Assembly (NCBI GenBank): GCA_046350735.1
Contig: JAXLZU010000001.1
Location: forward strand, 384,967 to 448,966
DNA length: 64,000 nt
Reading direction: 5' to 3'
From: Candidatus Saccharimonadota bacterium
GTDB taxonomy: Bacteria; Patescibacteriota; Saccharimonadia; CAILAD01; BJGX01
Shown here: in pieces, positions 18,640 through 27,091 of the stretch
How positions within the stretch are numbered: position 1 is the first letter of the stretch
How the letters are laid out: each line of letters starts with the position of its first letter
Program-made: the position numbers and the translations under genes
The notes under the pieces: generated by a model
What the model was told of the DNA's origin: nothing
Database searches by the model: none
Seen by the model: the letters and a program-made list of their open reading frames with translations, nothing else

Positions 18640-20001
18640 ATGAAGAACCCCCGTTCAGAAGAAGAAATTACTGTCGATGGCATCCGTTATAATATTGCCA
18701 AAGGAAAAGTAGTAGAAGACGAAAATCTCCAACAACATGCACGTGGCCTAGATAGTATTCGCGGGCAACACCAGGTTACCGCTGAATCAGCTGGCCAGAA
18801 AAATGCGTTAGAGTCAAACCATTTACAGCAAGATGAAGCAGCTATTATTGATCTGCCCAAGCGCAAGCGTAAACGAGTAAAAAACCTAAAAAAGACCGTT
18901 GTTATAGACCCTACAATACCTAGTTATGGCAATTATTTTGCCAAGGCTCTTTTGCCGAGCGGGTTTTCGGCATCAGCCTGGATATTTAGTGTGTTGCGTG
19001 GCATTACCAGCCCACTTGCCTGGTTGTTAATAGCACTACCTATCATTATTTTGCAAACCCAAAACCTCGCTAATGAGAATATCAATCAGCTACTCGAAAA
19101 AGCACATCAACTAACCCAAAATGGCTTAGTTTTTCATGCCACAGGGCCAATCATTTTTGCTATAGTTTTTCCTGCAGCAATTATTTTTATTCGTGTAATA
19201 TGTAACGCAATTGCACTGCATTTGCGTATAACAATGCTTGCTGATCTGCCAGCTAGACTATGGCCAGCCACAAAGTTAGTGTTTCATAATAGTCTCAAGA
19301 TGTTATTACACGGCATACTACAAATATTCTTATTAGGTTTGGTAAGTATACTAGCGTTAATAACTATATTTTGGGCAATATTTATGCCTCACGGTCACAC
19401 ACTTACGGTATTCTCTCCCTATATTGTTGGGTTGGTTATTTTTATCTGGCTGGTACTACTTTGTCTATTACATGCCAAACATTGGTTGCAATCAGCAATC
19501 CTCTCAAGCAGCTTAAAAACCTCTGCAATTCAACGCCGTAGCTGGGAAGCTGTTGCTGCATATCCGCTGCGTAGCAGTATATTGGCGGCGACTAGTTTTG
19601 TATTATCATTCGGTATTATTGTGTATGGTGTCTGGGCGGCACTCAGAGCAATTAGTTGGCTCAATCGTAGCGTCGTACCATCGAACACTCGGTTTGTTCT
19701 GCTGATGAGTAGTATATTTTTGGGTGTAGTGCTGGTGGGGTACATCCAACAGACTCTTTGGAGTGCTTATGCTAGTTGGCTTAATACACAATACACACCA
19801 AGTCTGTTTGCGTTGACAAAAGAATCAGAAATTAAGCGAACCGCCTGGTGGCCTATTTGGGTATCTACCTACCTTTTTGTTATGACGCTCTCGCTTATAG
19901 CGCTTGGTATTATTTTTGTTTTACCAGTAGTTAATACTTGGGCGGTAAGTATCTCACATAAAATACCTAACAAAATTGAAATCCCTCGGTTTGATAAATA
20001 G
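18640..20001 (+). CDS. Polytopic membrane protein of unknown function with a ~110-aa hydrophilic N-terminus
   Basis: At least 8 hydrophobic segments. No recognisable motif. Confidence 0.4.
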   Translation: MKNPRSEEEITVDGIRYNIAKGKVVEDENLQQHARGLDSIRGQHQVTAESAGQKNALESNHLQQDEAAIIDLPKRKRKRVKNLKKTVVIDPTIPSYGNYFAKALLPSGFSASAWIFSVLRGITSPLAWLLIALPIIILQTQNLANENINQLLEKAHQLTQNGLVFHATGPIIFAIVFPAAIIFIRVICNAIALHLRITMLADLPARLWPATKLVFHNSLKMLLHGILQIFLLGLVSILALITIFWAIFMPHGHTLTVFSPYIVGLVIFIWLVLLCLLHAKHWLQSAILSSSLKTSAIQRRSWEAVAAYPLRSSILAATSFVLSFGIIVYGVWAALRAISWLNRSVVPSNTRFVLLMSSIFLGVVLVGYIQQTLWSAYASWLNTQYTPSLFALTKESEIKRTAWWPIWVSTYLFVMTLSLIALGIIFVLPVVNTWAVSISHKIPNKIEIPRFDK

Positions 20002-20034
20002 ATTGATGTATTCTAGGCAAAAATATAAATTGGG

Positions 20035-20064
20035 TTGACAAATTACCTTACTTTGGGCTACAAT
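20035..20064 (+). promoter_or_regulatory. Sigma70-like promoter TTGACA-18bp-TACAAT upstream of secE
   Basis: ttgaca at 20035-40 and tacaat at 20059-64. Followed by a weak hairpin plus T-run (20076-20100). Confidence 0.4.
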
Positions 20065-20219
20065 AACAGGGTAGAAAGCCACCGAACACCGGGCTTTTTT
20101 AAATTACACGCAATTTCTTGATATAATAATAACCAATATGAATCTCATTAGAAGTTAAGGCAACTAAACTTTTACTGGGCATTAGAGTATAATTCGTTTA
20201 GAAAAGGACTTCTAACGGG

Positions 20220-20408
20220 ATGAAAAAGTTTACCGATTATTTAACTGCTTCTTGGGCAGAACTTCGTAAGGTGGTTTGGCCTAGTCGCAAGCAAGCTATT
20301 CAATTGACAGGTGCTGTTATTATTGGTGCTTTCTTAATTGGTATTTACCTTACACTATTTGGTTATCTATATCAGAGCATATTGCAGAAATTGTTATTTA
20401 AATCGTAA
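20220..20408 (+). CDS. secE: Preprotein translocase subunit SecE
   Basis: 62 aa with a single C-terminal TM. Position immediately upstream of nusG. Confidence 0.75.
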   Translation: MKKFTDYLTASWAELRKVVWPSRKQAIQLTGAVIIGAFLIGIYLTLFGYLYQSILQKLLFKS

Positions 20409-20426
20409 AGAGCAAGAAGGAACCCC

Positions 20427-20966
20427 ATGAAAAGTTCAAATAAGCAAGCGAATTGGTATGTTATTCACACCTATTCTGGCTACGAAGATCAGGTTGCTGA
20501 TCAGCTAAAACAGCGTATCGAGTCGATGGATATGCAAGATAAGATTTTTAGTATTACCGTACCCAAAGAAAAACAGATTGAGATAAAAAACGGTAAGCGA
20601 CGTACTGTAGAGCGCAAAATCTTCCCAGGGTATATATTAGTCGAGATGATAGTTACCGAAGATAGTTGGTTTGTTGTGCGTAACACTCCAAATGTAACCG
20701 GTTTTGTTGGTACTTCTACTACACCTTCTCCGCTCAGCGACGAAGAAGTAGTAGCTATCCAAAAACGTATGGGTGTTGAAGAGCCTAAGTTTAGCATCGA
20801 CTTTTCTATAGGCGAGCTCGTCAACATTACCGATGGACCGTTTAAGGGATTCGATGGTACTGTTAATGAGATTGATGAACAAAAGGGCAAGATAAAAGTA
20901 TTGGTGAGTATGTTTGGACGCGAAACTCCTGTAGAACTCGACTCGCTACAAGTTAACAAATTGTAA
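20427..20966 (+). CDS. nusG: Transcription termination/antitermination factor NusG
   Basis: NGN domain (WYVIHTYSGYEDQVA) and KOW motif (GELVNITDGPFKGFDGTV). Confidence 0.9.
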   Translation: MKSSNKQANWYVIHTYSGYEDQVADQLKQRIESMDMQDKIFSITVPKEKQIEIKNGKRRTVERKIFPGYILVEMIVTEDSWFVVRNTPNVTGFVGTSTTPSPLSDEEVVAIQKRMGVEEPKFSIDFSIGELVNITDGPFKGFDGTVNEIDEQKGKIKVLVSMFGRETPVELDSLQVNKL

Positions 20967-21021
20967 TAATAACAAGTGGGACCTGTCTAATGACGGGGCT
21001 AGTACCACAAAGGAGATAATT

Positions 21022-21456
21022 ATGGCAGAAGCAAAAAAAGCAATCGCGAAAGTTAAGATGGTGCTACCGGGTGGCGGTGCAACGCCTGCACCACCAGTTG
21101 GCTCTAATCTAGGTCAGCATGGAGTAAACATGATGGATTTTATCAATCCATTTAACGAGCAGACCCAAGATAGAAAAGGACAGCCCACCCCGGTAATGGT
21201 AACGATTTACGAAGACAAATCGATGACATTTGTTATTAAAGGTACACCAGCCAAAGTGCTTATTAAAGAAGCGCTAAAGCTAAAAAAAGGTTCTGGCGTG
21301 CCTAACAAAGATAAAGTAGGTAAACTAACCGACGCTCAGCTTACTCAAATTGCTGAAGCAAAAATGCCCGATCTTAATGCAAATGATATTGATGCTGCTA
21401 AGAAAATTATTGCTGGCACAGCCCGTGCAATGGGTGTTGAAGTAGAAAAAAAATAA
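21022..21456 (+). CDS. rplK: 50S ribosomal protein L11
   Basis: ATPAPPVGSNLGQHGVNMMDF... corresponds to the canonical L11 N-terminal region. 144 aa. Confidence 0.95.
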   Translation: MAEAKKAIAKVKMVLPGGGATPAPPVGSNLGQHGVNMMDFINPFNEQTQDRKGQPTPVMVTIYEDKSMTFVIKGTPAKVLIKEALKLKKGSGVPNKDKVGKLTDAQLTQIAEAKMPDLNANDIDAAKKIIAGTARAMGVEVEKK

Positions 21457-21510
21457 CCTAACTAGTGGGAGTCTGTTATTGCGGACGATACTACCACAAA
21501 GGAGATACTA

Positions 21511-22467
21511 ATGGCAGAAGCAAAAAAAGCAAAAGCTAAGAAGCAAGAAGAAGTAACAGCTGAAGTTACAGAAGCTAAAAAGAAAACTACTACCAAATCT
21601 GCAGTAAAACCAACTGAAGTTATTGCCAAAGCTGGTAAGCGCAGCAAAAAAGTGCAAGAGGCCGAAGCTGAAAAGGTAGCCAAAGAAGCCAAGAAGGCAG
21701 AAGGTAAGGCCAAAGCAGCAACTGAAGCTGAAAAACCAAAGCCAGTACAGAAGCCACATGTAGTAAAATATAGTAAGAATCAAAAAGCAGCCCGTGCTTT
21801 ATTAGAAAAAGACAAGCTATATTTATTATCTGAAGCAGTAGATCTTTTACCTAAACTGTCTAAAGTAAAATTTGATGCTACTGCAGAACTACACGCTACA
21901 CTCAATATCGATCCCAAACAGGCTGACCAAATGGTACGTGCAGCCGCCGCCCTGCCAGCTGGTACAGGCAAAACTGTTCGAGTTGCAGTATTAGCAGGAG
22001 ACAAAGACGCAGCCGAGGCTAAAAAAGCTGGTGCCGACATTAGCGATGCCGCAGAGCTACTTAGCGCAATTAGTAAGGGTAAATTCGATTTTGATATTTT
22101 GGTGGCCACACCAGAAAAGATGCCAGAGCTTGGTCGTTATGCCAAGACACTCGGCCCTAAAGGCTTAATGCCTTCACCAAAGAGTAACACAGTTACCGCC
22201 AAGCCGGCCGAAGCCATTGCTGAGATCAAAAAAGGTCGAGTAGAGCTTAAAAATGATCCTTCAGGTATTGTTCATACTAGCTTTGGTAAGCTTAGCTTCT
22301 CTAGCAAAGACCTACTAGCCAACCTAAAATCGATTCTCTCGGCTCTACAAAATGCCCGACCAACCGGTGTAAAAGGTGTGTATATTAAATCTCTCTATAT
22401 ATCTTCGTCAATGAGCCCATCAATTAAACTAGACGTTACCGAAGCTATAAAAGAAGCCAAGAGCTAA
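21511..22467 (+). CDS. rplA: 50S ribosomal protein L1 with an ~85-aa Lys/Ala/Glu-rich N-terminal extension
   Basis: The L1 core starts around KYSKNQKAARALLEKDKLY... The first 85 aa are a low-complexity KAE repeat. 318 aa versus ~230 typical. Confidence 0.9.
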   Translation: MAEAKKAKAKKQEEVTAEVTEAKKKTTTKSAVKPTEVIAKAGKRSKKVQEAEAEKVAKEAKKAEGKAKAATEAEKPKPVQKPHVVKYSKNQKAARALLEKDKLYLLSEAVDLLPKLSKVKFDATAELHATLNIDPKQADQMVRAAAALPAGTGKTVRVAVLAGDKDAAEAKKAGADISDAAELLSAISKGKFDFDILVATPEKMPELGRYAKTLGPKGLMPSPKSNTVTAKPAEAIAEIKKGRVELKNDPSGIVHTSFGKLSFSSKDLLANLKSILSALQNARPTGVKGVYIKSLYISSSMSPSIKLDVTEAIKEAKS

Positions 22468-22490
22468 GAAAATACTCCAGTTTAACTAAA

Positions 22491-22516
22491 AACAGCCCAA
22501 TAACCGGGCTGTTTTT
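22491..22516 (+). terminator. Intrinsic terminator after rplA
   Basis: aacagccc-aataacc-gggctgtt followed by TTT. Confidence 0.6.
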
Positions 22517-22587
22517 AGTTATGCTTGGTGGTTAATCGATTTGTTTGCTAAGCTAATAGAGACCTCGTACCTCTACAAGGAGCCAAT

Positions 22588-23205
22588 ATGGCTATAGAAG
22601 CTGGAATTTTCAGTAATGGTTCGTGTTTTGATGAAAGATACATCCCCGATTTTGCAGAGTTAGCAAGACTGGTTAATCATATGAAGGGTATTGGCCTTAA
22701 AATTGTACTTACCTCAGGGTCTTTTGATTTTTTCCATCTTGGACATGCTCTTTATCTCGAGAAGGCACGCGAAAAGGGCGATGTCTTGATTGTGGGAGTC
22801 GATAGCGATGCAAAAATTGCTCGCAAGAAGGGACCAAATAGGCCATTATATCCACAGCTAGAGCGCTTACAGATTTTGGTTCGCCAGCGATCGGTGGATA
22901 TTGTTACTCTCAAAGAAGATACCGAAGAAAAGTGGGTGCTAATTAAGGCACTGCGACCAGATGTTTTAATTGCAACCCAAGAAACGTATTCAGATGATGA
23001 GCTAGAGCAATTGAAAGAATTTTGTGGCTCGGTGACAGTTCTAGAGCCCCAAGCCCAAACGTCCACTAGCAAGCGCTTGCGCGATCTCAACCTGGAGTTG
23101 GCAAGTGACATTGGCGAGAGACTTGCTGATCGCATTCCTGGTTTGCTTCAAGAAGTGCTCGATGATGCGGTTGGTCGACATGACAAGCCTAAGGCTCAGC
23201 CATGA
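22588..23205 (+). CDS. Cytidylyltransferase-like nucleotidyltransferase (RfaE-domain-II/TagD-like fold)
   Basis: GSFDFFHLGH (HxGH motif) and TSTSKRLRD (ISSTxxR-like). 205 aa. Confidence 0.55.
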   Translation: MAIEAGIFSNGSCFDERYIPDFAELARLVNHMKGIGLKIVLTSGSFDFFHLGHALYLEKAREKGDVLIVGVDSDAKIARKKGPNRPLYPQLERLQILVRQRSVDIVTLKEDTEEKWVLIKALRPDVLIATQETYSDDELEQLKEFCGSVTVLEPQAQTSTSKRLRDLNLELASDIGERLADRIPGLLQEVLDDAVGRHDKPKAQP

Positions 23206-24041
23206 CAACGGCCCTTGTGCTTTATATGCCTGTTATCCATACGTCTTATTTAGAGTTAATTGATAGTCAACGCTGGGATGAGATATTTATTATGGATAAT
23301 AGATTGGCTGTAGAGCTTGTTAATAATCTTCGTAAAGATCTTCGTGCACTTAACGCAGAGACAGTAAGGTCGTTCTTGGTTCGCCGAGATGGTGCTCGAC
23401 CGGTTTTTGTAGTGTCTAGCAATACTATAATTTTCGATCAGGTAACCCAATTTGTACTGCCAGACGAAGACGTTAGTCGAGCCTTTGCTGATAAATATTT
23501 GCGAGGTAGTCAAATAGAGTTTAGAAATGTCTTTTTGCGTTATGATAAAAAGAGAACTACTGAGCTATTTCAACCTCAACCAGACGAAGTAGTTACATCT
23601 GAGCAACTTGCTCAGGTAATGATGGCACGTTGTGATGAGCTGGCGGCTAAGAGCCCCGACTGGTGGCGTCAAGTTGGCGGCCTTATTGTTAAAGACGGTG
23701 TGGTACTAGAAAAACTACAGATGTTTAATGAGGCAAAACCATTTGGTATGGCGCCATACGAGCTTGGCGATCCGCGTAGTAACTTTAGTAAGGGTGTAAA
23801 ACCAGAATTAAGCCTGGTATTGCATGTCGAGCAAGGCTTGGTTAGTCGGGCAGCGCGACTAGGTATTGCACTTGAGGGCGCAGATCTCTACGTAAGTACC
23901 TTTCCGTGTCCCTGGTGTGCAACGGCTCTGGCGTATAGTGGCATCAAGCGAGTTTTTTATCGAGATGGCTATGCCATGCTAGATGGTGAGGAAATACTTA
24001 GAAGCAACAATGTTGAGTTAATCCGTGTCGTAGATGTATAA
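23202..24041 (+). CDS. Protein with a C-terminal CMP/dCMP-deaminase zinc-binding domain and a ~140-aa N-terminal domain of unknown function
   Basis: HVE...PCPWC zinc-ligand motifs (LHVEQG; STFPCPWCATALAYSGIKRVFY). ATGA overlap with the upstream nucleotidyltransferase. Confidence 0.6.
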   Translation: MTTALVLYMPVIHTSYLELIDSQRWDEIFIMDNRLAVELVNNLRKDLRALNAETVRSFLVRRDGARPVFVVSSNTIIFDQVTQFVLPDEDVSRAFADKYLRGSQIEFRNVFLRYDKKRTTELFQPQPDEVVTSEQLAQVMMARCDELAAKSPDWWRQVGGLIVKDGVVLEKLQMFNEAKPFGMAPYELGDPRSNFSKGVKPELSLVLHVEQGLVSRAARLGIALEGADLYVSTFPCPWCATALAYSGIKRVFYRDGYAMLDGEEILRSNNVELIRVVDV

Positions 24042-24046
24042 AAATA

Positions 24047-24071
24047 CCCCGATCAATCGAATTGATCGGGG
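24047..24071. terminator. Bidirectional intrinsic terminator between the convergent deaminase and folA-HIT genes
   Basis: Perfect 11-bp stem ccccgatcaat-cga-attgatcgggg. Flanked by AAAAAT upstream and CTTTTGTT downstream. Confidence 0.7.
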
Positions 24072-25039
24072 CTTTTGTTATCTTGAGGTACAGAACTCAT
24101 TTTAAATCGGACTGGTTGATGCTCTGGATTGTCCACATCACCAACTTTAATGTGTGCATGTAAGTGGGCAACACTTCCACCGGTACGGCTCATGTCACCA
24201 AATCGCATACCAAGAGCACCATATTCCAAACCAAATTTAGCTATCGCTGCATTTAATGCATTACCAAAGTCTTGCTGCTCTGCTAGAGTAAGTCTAGCAA
24301 AATGCTCAACATGTCGATTTGGAATAAGCAATATATCATGAACAGTACCTGTATAAGGATTGTCATTCTTGGTAATAACCCAATGGTCGGTTTCTAGAAC
24401 AATAGGATTATCGTGGTACCAGTCTAGCCACTCAGGACAGAATGGGCAGACACCATCATTAAGAATTTCTTCCATATAACCAGCCTGGTTGTCAAACCGA
24501 GCGGCCGGCAAGTACAGAAGTGGTCGAGTAAGAGAGCTACTATCCACAGGCGCATACTCCAACCAAACATATTCTAGACCTGTCTTTTCGTCAGTTTCAA
24601 TATCACCATATTCTACAACTTTCCATTTTTCTGGCGGGGTAAATGGAAAGAACGCATCACCATTTTCAATTACTGTATTTACTAGAGTTATATGGATCAT
24701 ATCTACCTTACCGCTATCTAGTGCGGCTTGATAGATTCTTTCACCACCAATAATGTCAATATCTTTATCTGGCCAGTCAGCAGCAACTTCTAGTGCTTTC
24801 TCGAAGCTATTAACAGTCCAGACATCTTCAGCAGAAGTAGCAAAAGTACTTGAGACCACAATATTTACTCTATTAGGTAGTGGCTTGCCGATGCTTTCAA
24901 AGGTTTTGCGACCCATAATTACCACATGCCCACTTGTAAGTTGCTTAAACCAACGGAGATCTTGTGGCAAATGCCACGGGATCTGACCGTCTTTACCAAT
25001 CACACGATTACGGCTACGAGCCGCAATTACGCGAATCAT
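24053..25039 (-). CDS. folA: Dihydrofolate reductase fused to a C-terminal HIT (histidine-triad) domain
   Basis: N-terminal DHFR (MIRVIAARSRNRVIGKDGQIPWHLPQDLRWFKQLTSGHVVIMGRKTFESIG). C-terminal HIT with CPFC and HLHAHIKV (HxHxHxx) motifs. 328 aa. Confidence 0.75.
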   Translation of the reverse strand: MIRVIAARSRNRVIGKDGQIPWHLPQDLRWFKQLTSGHVVIMGRKTFESIGKPLPNRVNIVVSSTFATSAEDVWTVNSFEKALEVAADWPDKDIDIIGGERIYQAALDSGKVDMIHITLVNTVIENGDAFFPFTPPEKWKVVEYGDIETDEKTGLEYVWLEYAPVDSSSLTRPLLYLPAARFDNQAGYMEEILNDGVCPFCPEWLDWYHDNPIVLETDHWVITKNDNPYTGTVHDILLIPNRHVEHFARLTLAEQQDFGNALNAAIAKFGLEYGALGMRFGDMSRTGGSVAHLHAHIKVGDVDNPEHQPVRFKMSSVPQDNKSPDQFD

Positions 25040-25995
25040 GGCAACACCGGAATTTCGCTAATCGGCTCGTGAGGATCATAGTTGGAAAGCATAAACAGCC
25101 CACCATGCAGTTTGTGAATCGCTTCGCTGTCATGTGGCACGGGCGGACTCCATTCGAAGACATCAGGGCCAAAGCGCATATTCGGTAAGCGTCGAGGCTC
25201 ACGTTCTAACATGCGCTCGACGTATTGCATTTGCCCCTCGTAGATATGCGCATCGACAATGTAGTGAATATACTCACCTGGCTCGTAGCCAGTAAGAGTA
25301 CAAAGTAATAGCATCAGCGCTGCATATTGTACTAAGTTGCTAGGCACACCAATCGGCACATCACCACTGCGTTGCTTCATATGTAGATTAAGCTTGCCAT
25401 TGAGAATTCGTACTTGCACCCAGCCATGGCACGGGGCAATAGTGGCTTTGTTAAGTCTACCAGAGTCACGAGCCAGCCCGGCACTGTGCCAAGGGCTAAC
25501 CACATGCGTACGATCATTAGGGAACTCAGTAATCTGTTGCACGAGATGTGCAAACTGATCATATGAGCTACCGTCGAAGTCTGGCCAATCATGAAACATC
25601 GGCCCATAACTTGCCGGGCCGATATCACCAGTAGGCAAGCCACGCTTGCTACACTTGGCCTCGGTACCCCAATCACTCCACCAATTAACCCCCCAGTATT
25701 CAAATGCTTCGATTGTATGTACACCATTTATCATGGCACCAAGCTCGTTAATGGCCTTGCGCCAGAATGCAATCTTTCGCTCGGTAATGAGTGGAAAACC
25801 ATCACGCAAAATATCAAAGCGCATTTGTACACCAAGCAGTGTTTTAGCACGCTCTCCCTGGCGGGTAACCTCGCTCCACTGACCTCGATCCATAATTGCT
25901 GCTAAGACATCTCTGTATTGTGTATTTGGTTCACGTTCTTCATAGGGCAAATAATCGAGCTTTAGGTATCCCATGCAAGAAACCCTTTCTGTCAA
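25036..25995 (-). CDS. thyA: Thymidylate synthase (ThyA family), unusually long (319 aa) and divergent
   Basis: Active-site IAPCHGW. QRSGDV. PSNLVQY, which keeps the dUMP-specifying Asn. HIY. Insertions relative to the 264-aa E. coli enzyme. ATGA-coupled to folA-HIT. Confidence 0.8.
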   Translation of the reverse strand: MTERVSCMGYLKLDYLPYEEREPNTQYRDVLAAIMDRGQWSEVTRQGERAKTLLGVQMRFDILRDGFPLITERKIAFWRKAINELGAMINGVHTIEAFEYWGVNWWSDWGTEAKCSKRGLPTGDIGPASYGPMFHDWPDFDGSSYDQFAHLVQQITEFPNDRTHVVSPWHSAGLARDSGRLNKATIAPCHGWVQVRILNGKLNLHMKQRSGDVPIGVPSNLVQYAALMLLLCTLTGYEPGEYIHYIVDAHIYEGQMQYVERMLEREPRRLPNMRFGPDVFEWSPPVPHDSEAIHKLHGGLFMLSNYDPHEPISEIPVLP

Positions 25996-26090
25996 AGACC
26001 ACCTCTGTAGGTCTGCTCGATTGTACTATATAGACCACAAACCTGTAAAGTGATAGAATTGTGCCAGCACCTACTAAAATGTGAGGGAAC

Positions 26091-26573
26091 ATGACCGATA
26101 CTCAAATAGTTCCAGTGGTCTCGTGGGATGAAATTCAAAAATTCTTGCCAAGAATTCAAATGGGTGTAAGTAGTGAAGCAATAATGCCGGTTTTCGTACA
26201 AGATCTTACATTGTGCTTTGATCTAGATAGACAAGAATTTGTACTAAGTCGGGATAGGTTTGGTTATTTGCCGGCTGATGAAGTTCGTCGTAATGACATT
26301 CATCAGCTTGAAGTAGGATTAACAAAATTTCTGATTCAGTATTACCAAGGCGAGCTCGAAGCTGCTGTACGGGCTGCAACATATCAAATGTTTTTGCAGC
26401 TTTGTAAGCAGATTCCATACCCTCAAGGCTGCCAATGTGGAAATTATCCCCACGGCCAGGCACTCGACTGTCACGTGCATATGGATAATCCGTGCCACTT
26501 CTTTGACGACTTCAACTTCACCTGCACCTGCGACGAGCAGAAAGAGGCCAAAAATGCCGCACATTCATCCTGA
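26091..26573 (+). CDS. Hypothetical protein with a Cys/His-rich C-terminus
   Basis: CQCGNYPHGQALDCHVHMDNPCHFFDDFNFTCTCDEQ metal-binding-like cluster. Overlaps the NUDIX start by 20 nt. Confidence 0.4.
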   Translation: MTDTQIVPVVSWDEIQKFLPRIQMGVSSEAIMPVFVQDLTLCFDLDRQEFVLSRDRFGYLPADEVRRNDIHQLEVGLTKFLIQYYQGELEAAVRAATYQMFLQLCKQIPYPQGCQCGNYPHGQALDCHVHMDNPCHFFDDFNFTCTCDEQKEAKNAAHSS

Positions 26574-27051
26574 GCTTGATTTTTGCGCCGTAACTTACAT
26601 TGTGAATGATAACAAAGTGTTGCTATGTCATCACATCAAACTTGGGGTCTGGGTACCGCCAGGTGGGCATGTTGAACCTGGTGAAACCATTGATGCTGCC
26701 CGCGACCGAGAAAACTACGAAGAGACTGGGCTCGATGTCACCATCATCGGGCCAAAACCAGGCTTTGTAATTGCAGGTATGGAGCCGCTAGTGGCACCGC
26801 GTTACACTGATGTGCACCCAATTGCTTGCGAGTTTCCCAATCACCGCCACCAGGCATTTGTGTACTTTGGCACAGTCGATGTGCGTAACGAAGTTTTGCA
26901 AGAAGACGAGCACCATGAACTGCGCTGGTTTTCTATGCACGATCTCGAGCGCTATCATGACCCAGAAGCGCCGATTCCAGACAATGTTTCTTGGTATGCA
27001 AGCGTTGCCCTCGAAGAGCTGGGGTACCATGGGGCGATGAGGATTTTTTAG
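26554..27051 (+). CDS. NUDIX hydrolase
   Basis: Nudix box GGHVEPGETIDAARDRENYEETGL. Start chosen at the ATG with the SD sequence aaagagg, at 26554, rather than the upstream track ORF. Confidence 0.8.
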   Translation: MPHIHPELDFCAVTYIVNDNKVLLCHHIKLGVWVPPGGHVEPGETIDAARDRENYEETGLDVTIIGPKPGFVIAGMEPLVAPRYTDVHPIACEFPNHRHQAFVYFGTVDVRNEVLQEDEHHELRWFSMHDLERYHDPEAPIPDNVSWYASVALEELGYHGAMRIF

Positions 27052-27091
27052 CCAGATAGGCAACTATCTGGTTTTTTTATATAATAAAGCT

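Noticed and set aside
20076-20100. Hairpin + T-run between the secE promoter and secE as a small RNA
   Set aside because: The stem is only ~5 bp and the transcript would be ~30 nt. More likely a weak terminator for the upstream membrane-protein gene.
20501-20959. 152-aa and 81-aa minus-strand ORFs overlapping nusG
   Set aside because: Antisense to a confidently identified nusG. No SD sequence or motifs.
21462-22109. Three minus-strand ORFs (83, 91, 109 aa) across rplA
   Set aside because: Antisense of the Lys/Ala-rich rplA region. The translations are poly-Ala/Ser/Phe low-complexity artefacts.
25036-25995. ThyA homolog as a dUMP/dCMP hydroxymethylase (DNA hypermodification)
   Set aside because: The dUMP-specifying Asn is conserved, and the gene is translationally coupled to a DHFR, which is only needed if the enzyme produces dihydrofolate (true thymidylate synthase). 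Kept as a low-interest finding rather than a call.
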